This document shows positions 1-10,220 of a DNA stretch of 64,000 nt, in pieces; position 1 is the first letter of the stretch, and the number at the start of each line of letters is the position of its first letter. The notes below the pieces were generated by a model, which ran no database searches, was not told the DNA's origin, and worked only from the letters and a program-made list of their open reading frames with translations. The DNA is from the human T2T-CHM13v2.0 reference genome, Homo sapiens. The stretch is taken from NCBI RefSeq assembly GCF_009914755.1, contig NC_060937.1; one strand, written 5' to 3'. The position numbers and the translations under genes were made by a program.

Positions 1-40
1 TTACTTATGTATGTATTTATTTTTTTTAATTTATTTCTCT

Positions 41-322
41 TGAGACGGCGTCTCGCTCTGTCGCCCAGGCTGGAGTGCGATGGTGTGATCTCGGCTCACT
101 GCAACCGCCACCTCCCTGGGTTCAAGCGATTCTCCTGCCTCAGCCTCCCGAGTAGCTGGGACTACAGGTGCCCGCCACCACGCCCAGCTAATCTTTATAC
201 TTTTAATAGAGACGGGGTTTCACCGTGTCGGCCCGGATGGTCTCGATCTCTTGACCTCGTGACCCGCCCGCCTCGGCCTCCCAAAGTGCTGGGATGACAG
301 GCGTGAGCCACTGAGCCCGGCC
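41..322 (-). mobile_element. Alu (Y/S-like) inserted in the 3' tail of the CDC27 retrocopy
   Basis: Reverse-complement Alu TGAGACGG...GCCCGGCC with a T-rich tail at 1-40. Candidate TSD TTCTCTTGACGTTTA (323-337) vs TTCTCTTGATATTTA (46959-46973 in the adjacent copy). Confidence 0.93.
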
Positions 323-1008
323 TTCTCTTGACGTTTAAACTATGAAGTCAGTCCAGAGAAACGCAATAAATGTCAACGGTGAGGATGGTGTTGAGGCAGA
401 AGTAGGACCACACTTTTTCCTATCTTATTCAGTTGATAACAATATGACCTAGGTAGTAATTTCCTATGTGCCTACTTATACACGAGTACAAAAGAGTAAA
501 ACAGAGAGACTGCTAAATTAAAGGGTACGTGAAGTTCTTCATAGTAACTCCGTAAACTGGAACACTGTCAAAAAGCAGCAGCTAGTGAATTGTTTCCATG
601 TATTTTTCTATGATCCAATAAGTGAACTATGCTATTCCTTTCCAGTCTCCCAAGCACTTCTTGTCCCCATCACCACTTCGGTGCTCGAAGAAAAAGTAAC
701 AAATCAAGGAACACAACTAAAGAAACACACACACAAACCAAAGACAACTACAGCGTCTGCAAAAGTTTGCTAGAAGACTGAAACTGTTGAGTATAAGGAT
801 CTGGTATTCTACGATGATCATGAGTTCACTTCAGAGTTTGTTCAAGACATACGTTTCGTAAGGAAACATCTTAGTTAGAAGTTATTCAGCAGTAGGTACC
901 ATCCCTAAGTATTTTTCACCAAATTCGTGACAATAAAGAGCTATCTAACCAGAAAAATTAGCGAGTACCGGCACCATCCATAGGGCTTTGTCTTTACGCT
1001 TCATTAGC

Positions 1009-3079
1009 ACTTACCATGCCTTACAATGTCTAGGATTGACCCTGATAGCATTTCGAAAACAAGCTAATGCTTTGTCCAGTTCTTCAGTGAAGACAAGCTC
1101 ACGCCCTAATGCGCTATAGGCATAAGCATCATTTGGATCCACTTCGAGAGTTCTCTGGAAGAATTGAATCGCAATATCGTGTTCCCGTTGCAGACCGAAA
1201 CAGTTCCCTGCAGCACACCAGGCCTCTGGCTGGCGAATTTTTATCCATGTCTGTGAAGTCTTTGGACAGAACTGAAAGAGCAACCTCTTTCGGAGGATGC
1301 CAAAGTGTTGTAGAGTAGATCTCCATGCCTTCGACTCTGTAATTCTCAATCCTCCTAACCTCTGAGAATTGTCTTTCAGCTTGCGTGGACTCTGAAAGTT
1401 TACAATAGGCCCTTCCGATTTGGCACAGTACCCAACCGGTATTGCGGTGGTGAGAAGCTAGATGGCTCAAGATGCTGATAGCTTCTTTGCCGTGGTAAGA
1501 ACACAAAGCTAAATAACCTTTCCCCCTTTCACGAAGAAGGCTCATCAAGCCTTCCGCTGCTGCTTTTTGTAGATTAAAAGCCTGAATCTGAGGCGCGATT
1601 GCGGCTATTTCCCCTTCTGAAATGACGGAAGAGTCCAATTTTGTCACTTCCAGGCTATCACTTATGTTCGGTGGAGTTATTGCTCCTTTATTAGTTTTAC
1701 TTTTGGTTCTTCTGTTTGGGATTTTAGGTGGAAACTTCATTTTTAATTTTCTCCTATTCTCCTCGGTTGTGGAGCTGTCACTAGTCAAGAGTCGTGAATT
1801 TCTTCGAGGCGGTGCATTTGGGGGAGATGCCATAGTGGGGCTCAATACCTGAGGTGTTGCCCTTGTCGGCGGACCAGAACTTTGTGTTTTTGCAAGGACT
1901 GGAGTTACCTTTCGGCTCTTTCCCCTCTGCGAGAAGACAGACGGTGTTCCGGTTTGGCCGATTCTGGCAACAGGCTTTTTTGAAGGGGCTCCGGTGGATG
2001 GCACGTCAATGACAGACGGTGTCTCATACCAGTGCAGTTTTGTCAATAGGGTCCGTCTCCGGGACTTGGGGTTTCTAATGGCAAAATGCCAACACTTGGG
2101 GTTAATGGACTAACAGCTGCTGGTCCTCCTAATAAACTTCGACCAGGTTTTGGTTTATGTTGAACCTGTTTAGATCATATGGAAGTTCCTGTTCCCAGTG
2201 GGACAGTATCAGGTGAAAGGACAGCTGAATCGATAGAAGACACTGGGGAGTCTGTATTCAAGGAGTACTTTGAATTGGAAGATTCTAAATTCCATCCGTT
2301 TCATTGGACGGTGTCCTGGGGTGTTTCCGTAAGAACGGTCTCGGGCTGTCTGTGACATAAACTAGGACGAGGTCCAAGTGTTGCGGCGCAACACTTGGAC
2401 AGGCAGTTGCTAAAGCTCTCTAGAGAGGTGAATCAAAATGTTTGGTCAGGATCTGGCTTTTCCCCCCTATTTCACATCATGATTCAAAGGGACACCAGAG
2501 GAAAGGATTTCAACGAAGGCTCTTTTGGTCACATTCTGATCCTTTGGTAAGCCGATCTGTCTTGCAATATACATGTCCCGACGATGGAAGGGGAAAGCGA
2601 GCTGAATCACCAAACTCAGGAACGATAATATCATCGTGGCTTTTCTGCTTATGAAACACTCCACCCGATAAGATTTGATCCCCTTCTGCAAGCTTGCTGA
2701 GATCAACACAACATTTCGCAAGCAGGCATTTGCATTGCGGGGTAGTACAACTGTGTCCTTTCAAGAGTCTATATGTTTTATAGGCCTTTCCTGAGCGGTA
2801 AGAACAGGTCGCCAGTAAGAACAAGGCTTCTTCTGAGTGTACTTCTGCATAAAGGCGTTCTGCGGGGGAAACCGCATCTCGGTAGGTAGGCATAGTGGTT
2901 TAGTGCTTGCCATATAGCAGCCTGGACGGGTCCCTGCAGCACCGCCATCCTCGAGGCTCAGGCCCACTTTCTGCAGTGCCTCAGGCACCCCCCCCCCCCC
3001 CCATAGCGGCTCCGGCCCGGCCAGCCCCGGCTCATTTAAAGGCACCAGCCGCCGTTACCGGGGGATGGGGGAGTCCGAG
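1009..3079 (-). pseudogene. CDC27P: CDC27 (APC3) processed pseudogene, 5'UTR plus disrupted CDS to the RHYNAW TPR region
   Basis: ATG at 2948 reads MAVLQGPVQAAIWQALNHYAY. ORF pieces AERLYAEVHSEEALFLLATC..., KLKMKFPPKIPNR...LQKAAAEGLMSLLRE... and EAWCAAGNCF...ALACFRNAIRVNPRH match human CDC27 with no introns. Frameshifting 4-bp duplications at ~2882-2889 and ~1226-1234. A CDC27 pseudogene is a known hominoid IGS component. Confidence 0.97.
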
Positions 3080-3604
3080 ACAGAATGACTTCTTTATCCT
3101 GCTGACTCTGGAAAGCCCGGCGCCTTGTGATCCATTGCAAACCGAGAGTCACCTCGTGTTTAGAACACGGATCCACTCCCAAGTTCAGTGGGGGGATGTG
3201 AGGGGTGTGGCAGGTAGGACGAAGGACTCTCTTCCTTCTGATTCGGTCTGCACAGTGGGGCCTAGGGCTGGAGCTCTCTCCGTGCGGACCGCTGACTCCC
3301 TCTACCTTGGGTTCCCTCGGCCCCACCCTGGAACGCCGGGCCTTGGCAGATTCTGGCCCTTCCTGGCCCTTCAGTCGCTGTCAGAAACCCCATCTCATGC
3401 TCGGATGCCCCGAGTGACTGTGGCTCGCACCTCTCCGGAAACATTGGAAATCTCTCCTCTACGCGCGGCCACCTGAAACCACAGGAGCTCGGGACACACG
3501 TGCTTTCGGGAGAGAATGCTGAGAGTCTCTTGCCGACTCTCTCTTGACTTGAGTTCTTCGTGGGTGCGTGGTTAAGACGTAGTGAGACCAGATGTATTAA
3601 CTCA

Positions 3605-3771
3605 GGCCGGGTGCTGGTGGCTCACGCCTGTAACCCCAACACTTTGGGAGGCCGAGGCCGTAGGATCCCTCGAGGAATCGCCTAACCCTGGGGAGGTTGA
3701 GGTTGCAGTGAGTGAGCCATAGTTGTGTCACTGTGCTCCAGTCTGGGCGAAAGACAGAATGAGGCCCTGCC
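3605..3771 (+). mobile_element. Internally deleted Alu (left-arm start joined to right-arm end), followed by (CAGG)n
   Basis: GGCCGGGTGCTGGTGGCTCACGCCTG...GAGGTTGCAGTGAG...CTCCAGTCTGGGCGA. Confidence 0.8.
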
Positions 3772-3803
<32 letters not shown>

Positions 3804-3890
3804 AAAGACAACAGCTGTATTATGTTCTTCTCAGGGTAGGAAGCAAAAATAACAGAATACAGCACTTAATTAATTTTTTTTTTTCCCTTC

Positions 3891-4171
3891 GGACGGAGTT
3901 TCACTCTTGGTGCCCACGCTGGAGTGCAGTGGCACCATCTCGGCTCACCGCAACCTCCACCTCCTGCGTTCAAGCGATTCTCCTGCCTCAGCCTCCTGAG
4001 TAGCTGGGATTACAGGGAGGAGCCACCACACCCGGCTGATTTTGTATTGTTAGTAGAGACGGCATTTCTCCATGTGGGTCAGGCTGGTCTCGAACTGGCG
4101 ACCCCAGTGGATCTGCCCGCCCCGGCCTCCCAAAGTGCTGGGGTGACAGGCGTGAGCCATCGTGACTGGCC
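3891..4171 (-). mobile_element. Alu (AluS-like)
   Basis: Full reverse-complement Alu with a poly-T tail at ~3874-3884. Confidence 0.92.
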
Positions 4172-4218
4172 GGCTACGTTTATTTATTTATTTTTTTAAT
4201 TATTTTACTTTTTTTTAG

Positions 4219-4571
<353 letters not shown>

Positions 4572-4650
4572 TATTTATCTATTTATTAACTTTGAGTCCA
4601 GGTTATGAAACCAGTTAGTTTTTGTAATTTTTTTTTTTTTTTTTTTTTTT

Positions 4651-4754
4651 TGAGACGAGGTTTCACCGTGTTGCCAAGGCTTGGACCGAGGGATCCACCG
4701 GCCCTCGGCCTCCCAAAAGTGCGGGGATGACAGGCGCGAGCCTACCGCGCCCGG
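4651..4754 (-). mobile_element. Alu left-arm monomer with a poly-T tail
   Basis: TGAGACGAGGTTTCACCGTGTTGCC...CCTCGGCCTCCCAAAAGTGCGGGGATGACAGGCGCGAG. Confidence 0.8.
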
Positions 4755-5298
4755 ACCCCCCCTTTCCCCTTCCCCCGCTTGTCTTCCCGACAGACAGTTT
4801 CACGGCAGAGCGTTTGGCTGGCGTGCTTAAACTCATTCTAAATAGAAATTTGGGACGTCAGCTTCTGGCCTCACGGACTCTGAGCCGAGGAGTCCCCTGG
4901 TCTGTCTATCACAGGACCGTACACGTAAGGAGGAGAAAAATCGTAACGTTCAAAGTCAGTCATTTTGTGATACAGAAATACACGGATTCACCCAAAACAC
5001 AGAAAGCAGTCTTTTAGAAATGGCCTTAGCCCTGGTGTCCGTGCCAGTGATTCTTTTCGGTTTGGACCTTGACTGAGAGGATTCCCAGTCGGTCTCTCGT
5101 CTCTGGACGGAAGTTCCAGATGATCCGATGGGTGGGGGACTTAGGCTGCGTCCCCCCAGGAGCCCTGGTCGATTAGTTGTGGGGATCGCCTTGGAGGGCG
5201 CGGTGACCCACTGTGCTGTGGGAGCCTCCATCCTTCCCCCCACCCCCTCCCCAGGGGATCCCAATTCATTCCGGGCTGACACGCTCACTGGCAGGCGT

Positions 5299-5318
5299 CG
5301 GGCATCACCTAGCGGTCA
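5299..5318 (-). promoter_or_regulatory. CTCF-like motif ~4.9 kb upstream of the TSS
   Basis: The minus strand reads TGACCGCTAGGTGATGCCCG, resembling the CTCF core. CTCF binding in the distal human IGS is reported; matching it to this exact site is inference. Confidence 0.6.
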
Positions 5319-5569
5319 CTGTTACTCTGAAAACGGAGGCCTCACAGAGGAAGGGAGCACCAGGCCGCCTGCGCACAGCCTGGGGCAACTGTGTCTTCTC
5401 CACCGCCCCCGCCCCCACCTCCAAGTTCCTCCCTCCCTTGTTGCCTAGGAAATCGCCACTTTGACGACCGGGTCTGATTGACCTTTGATCAGGCAAAAAC
5501 GAACAAACAGATAAATAAATAAAATAACACAAAAGTAACTAACTAAATAAAATAAGTCAATACAACCCA

Positions 5570-5693
5570 TTACAATACAATAAGATACGATACGATAGGA
5601 TGCGATAGGATACGATAGGATACAATACAATACGATACGATACAATACAATACAATACAATACAATACAATACAATACAATACAATACAATAC
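5570..5693 (+). repeat. (TACAA)n / (TACGA)n / (TAGGA)n pentanucleotide microsatellite
   Basis: Directly visible. Confidence 0.95.
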
Positions 5694-5974
<281 letters not shown>

Positions 5975-6056
5975 AAAAATAAATACATAAATAAATACAT
6001 ACATACATACATACATACATAAATTAAAATAAATAAATAAAATAAAATAAATAAAT

Positions 6057-6522
<466 letters not shown>

Positions 6523-6794
6523 TTAACTTCATTTTATGTTATTATCGTGATTGATGTTTCGAGACGGAGTCTCGGAGGCCCGCCCTCCCTGGTTGCCCAG
6601 ACAACCCCGGGAGACAGACCCTGGCTGGGCCCGATTGTTCTTCTCCTTGGTCAGGGGTTTCCTTGTCTTTCTTCGTGTCTTTAACCCGCGTGGACTCTTC
6701 CGCTCGGGTTTGACAGATGGCAGCTCCACTTTAGGCCTTGTTGTTGTTGGGGACTTTCCTGATTCTCCCCAGATGTAGTGAAAGCAGGTAGATT

Positions 6795-6827
6795 TGCCTT
6801 GCCTGGACTTGCCTGGCCTTGCCTTTT
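6795..6827 (+). promoter_or_regulatory. p53 'RGC' (ribosomal gene cluster) binding site
   Basis: TGCCTTGCCTGGACTTGCCTGGCCTTGCCTTTT matches the classical RGC p53 element used in PG13-type reporters. Confidence 0.85.
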
Positions 6828-6920
6828 CTTTCTTTCTTTCTTTATTACTTTCTCTTTTTCTTCTTCTTCTTCTTCTTCTTCTTCTTCTTCTTCTTCTTCT
6901 TCTTCTTCTTCTTTTTTTTT

Positions 6921-7202
6921 TGAGACAGAGTTTCACTCTTGTTGCCCAGGCTAGAGGGCAATGGTGCGATCTCGGCTCACCGCACCCTCCGCCTCCCAGG
7001 TTCAAGCGATTCTCCTGCCTCAGCCTCCTGATTAGCTGGGATTACAGGCATGGGCCACCGTGCCTGGCTGATGTTTGTACTTTTAGTAGAGACGGTGTTT
7101 TTCCATGTTGGTCAGGCTGGTCTCCCACTCCCAACCTCAGGTGGTCCGCCTGCCTTAGCCTCCCAAAGTGCTGGGATGACAGGCGTGAGCCACCGCGCCC
7201 AG

Positions 7203-7204
<2 letters not shown>
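6921..7204 (-). mobile_element. Alu (AluS-like) with a (CTT)n-expanded tail at ~6859-6920
   Basis: Full reverse-complement Alu. Confidence 0.92.
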
Positions 7205-7253
<49 letters not shown>

Positions 7254-7904
7254 CGCTCGCTTGCTTGCTTGCTTTCGTGCTTTCTTGCTTTCCCGTTTTC
7301 TTGCTTTCTTTCTTTCTTTCGTTTCTTTCATGCTTGCTTTCTTGCTTGCTTGCTTGCTTTCGTGCTTTCTTGCTTTCCTGTTTTCTTTTTCTTTCTTTCT
7401 TTCTTTCTTTCTTTTGTTTCTTTCTTGCTTGCTTTCTTGCTTGCTTGCTTGCTTTCGTGCTTTCTTGCTTTCCTGTTTTCTTTCTTTCTTTCTTTCTTTT
7501 GTTTCTTTCTTGCTTGCTTTCTTGCTTGCTTGCTTTCGTGCTTTCTTGTTTTCTCGCTTTCTTTCTTTCTTTTGTTTCTTTCCTGCTTGCTTTCTTGCTT
7601 GATTGCTTTCGTGCTTTCTTGCTTTCTTGTTTTCTTTCTTTCTTTTGTTTCTTTCTTTCTTGCTTCCTTGTTTTCTTGCTTTCTTGCTTGCTTGCTTTCG
7701 TGCTTTCTTGTTTTCTTGCTTTCTTTCTTTTGTTTCTTTCTTGCTTGCTTTCTTGCTTCCTTGTTTTCTTGCTTTCTTGCTTGCTTGCTTTCGTGCTTTC
7801 TTTCTTGCTTTCTTTTCTTTCTTTCTTTTCTTTTTCTTTCTTTCTTGCTTTCTTTTCTTTCATTCATTCATTCTTTCTTTCTTTCCTTTCTTTCTTTCTT
7901 TCTT

Positions 7905-7939
<35 letters not shown>

Positions 7940-7940
7940 G
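7205..7940 (+). repeat. (CT)n followed by a complex (CTTT/TTGC)n pyrimidine array
   Basis: Directly visible; recurrent TTTCGTGCTTTC anchor. Confidence 0.95.
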
Positions 7941-7951
7941 TTTCGTCCTTT

Positions 7952-8242
<291 letters not shown>

Positions 8243-9316
8243 TGTTGACTCATTTCGCTTTTTTATTTCTTTCGTTTCCACGCGTTTACTTATATGTATT
8301 AATGTAAACGTTTCTGTACGCTTATATGCAAACAACGACAACGTGTATCTCTGCATTGAATACTCTTGCGTATGGTAAATACGTATCGGTTGTATGGAAA
8401 TAGACTTCTGTATGATAGATGTAGGTGTTTGTGTTATACAAATAAATACACATCGCTCTATAAAGAAGGGATCGTCGATAAAGACGTTTATTTTACGTAT
8501 GAAAAGCGTCGTATGTATGTGTGTAAATGAACGAGCGTACGTAGTTATCTCTGTTTTCTTTCTTCCTCTCCTTCGTGTTTTTCTTCCTTCCTTTCTTCCT
8601 TTCTCTCCTTCTTTAGGTTTTTCTTCCTCTCTTCCTTTCCTTCTTTCTCTCTTTCTGTCCTTTTTTCCTTCGTGCTTTATTTCTCTTTCGTTCCCTGTGT
8701 TTCCTTCTTTTTTCTTTCCTCTCTGTTTCTTTTTCCCTTCTTTCCTTCGTTTCTTTCCTCATTCTTTCTCTCTTTTTCGTGTTTCTTTCCTTCCCGTCTG
8801 TCTTTTAAAAAATGGAGTGTTTCAGAAGTTTACTTTGTGTATCTACGTTTTCTAAATTGTCTCTCTTTTCTCCATTTTCTTCCTCCCTCCCTCCCTCCCT
8901 CCCTTCCTGCTCCCTTCCCTCCCTCCTTCCCTTTCGCCATCTGTCTCTTTTCCCCACTCCCCTCCCCCCGTCTGTCTCTGCGTGGATTCCGGAAGAGCCT
9001 ACGCATTCTGCCTCTCCGTGTGTCTGCAGCGACCCGCGACCGAGTCCTTGTGTGTTCTTTCTCCCTCCCTCCCTCCCTCCCTCCCTCCCTCCCTGCTTCC
9101 GAGAGGCATCTCCAAACACCCACGCGCCGTGGGTTGTCTTCTGACTCTGTCGCGGTCGAGGCAGAGACGCGTTTTGGGCACCGTTTGTGTGGGGTTGGGG
9201 CAGAGGGGCTGCGTTTTCGGCCTCGGGAAGAGCTTCTCGACTCACGGTTTCGCTTTCGCGGTCCACGGGCCGCCCTGCCAGCCGGATCTGTCTCGCTGAC
9301 GTCCGCGGCGGTTGTC

Positions 9317-9335
9317 GGGCTCCATCTGGCGGCCG
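9317..9335 (-). promoter_or_regulatory. CTCF site upstream of the spacer promoter (~-870 to -890)
   Basis: The minus strand reads CGGCCGCCAGATGGAGCCC, a strong CTCF consensus match. A CTCF boundary is known just upstream of the rDNA spacer promoter. Confidence 0.8.
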
Positions 9336-9499
9336 CTTTGAGATCGTGCTCTCGGCTTCCGGAGCTGCGGTGGCAGCTGCCGAGGGAGGGGACCGTCCCC
9401 GCTGTGAGCTAGGCAGAGCTCCGGAAAGCCCGCGGTCGTCAGCCCGGCTGGCCCGGTGGCGCCAGAGCTGTGGCGCGTCGCTTGTGAGTCACAGCTCTG

Positions 9500-9570
9500 G
9501 CGTGCAGGTTTATGTGGGGGAGAGGCTGTCGCTGCGCTTCTGGGCCCGCGGCGGGCGTGGGGCTGCCCGG
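9500..9570 (+). promoter_or_regulatory. Putative Pol I spacer promoter
   Basis: AGGTTTATG...TTCTGGGCCCGCGG resembles the 47S core AGGTATATC...TTTTGGGCCGCCGG. It lies between the CTCF site and a Sal box; boundaries are inferred. Confidence 0.55.
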
Positions 9571-9621
9571 GCCGGTCGACCAGCGCGCCGTAGCTCCCGA
9601 GGCCCGAGCCGCGACCCGCGG
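9530..9621 (+). ncRNA. MIR6724: MIR6724 annotated hairpin
   Basis: Mature CTGGGCCCGCGGCGGGCGTGGGG at 9540-9562, recognised from memory; status as a true miRNA is doubtful. Confidence 0.6.
9573..9583 (+). terminator. Spacer terminator Sal box (Tsp, TTF1 site)
   Basis: CGGTCGACCAG, a 10/11 match to the human Sal box GGGTCGACCAG. Confidence 0.7.
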
Positions 9622-10026
9622 GGACCCGCCGCGCGTGGCGCGGGAGGCTGGGGACGCCCTTCCCGGCCCGGTCGCGGGTCCGCGCTCATCCTGGCCGTCT
9701 GAGGCGGCGGCCGAATTCGTTTCCGAGTCCCCGTGGGGAGCCGGGGACCGTCCCGCCCCCGTCCCCCGGGTGCCGGGGAGCGGTCCCTCTGCCGCGATCC
9801 TTTCTGGCGAGTCCCCGTGCGGAGTCGGAGAGCGCTCCCTGAGCGCGCGTGCGGCCCGAGAGGTCGCGCCTGGCCGGCCTTCGGTCCCTCGTGTGTCCCG
9901 GTCGTAGGAGGGGCCGGCCGAAAATGCTTCCGGCTCCCGCTCTGGAGACACGGGCCGGCCCCCTGCGTGTGGCACGGGCGGCCGGGAGGGCGTCCCCGGC
10001 CCGGCGCTGCTCCCGCGTGTGTCCTG

Positions 10027-10037
10027 GGGTTGACCAG
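10027..10037 (+). terminator. Promoter-proximal terminator T0 (TTF1 site)
   Basis: GGGTTGACCAG at -176..-166 from the TSS. Confidence 0.75.
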
Positions 10038-10046
10038 AGGGCCCCG

Positions 10047-10220
10047 GGCGCTCCGTGTGTGGCTGCGATGGTGGCGTTTTTGGGGACAGGTGTCCGTGTC
10101 GCGCGTCGCCTGGGCCGGCGGCGTGGTCGGTGACGCGACCTCCCGGCCCCGGGGGAGGTATATCTTTCGCTCCGAGTCGGCATTTTGGGCCGCCGGGTTA
10201 TTGCTGACACGCTGTCCTCT
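10047..10220 (+). promoter_or_regulatory. RNA Pol I 47S promoter (UCE ~10047-10096; core ~10158-10220; TSS 10203)
   Basis: AGGTATATCTTTCGCTCCGAGTCGGCATTTTGGGCCGCCGGGTTATT|GCTGACACGCTGTCCTCTGG, the human rDNA start site. Confidence 0.95.

Noticed and set aside
1129-2046. 305-aa ORF with CDC27 similarity as a possible functional gene
   Set aside because: A fragment between frameshifts; the frame from the true ATG is broken after ~21 codons by a 4-bp duplication.
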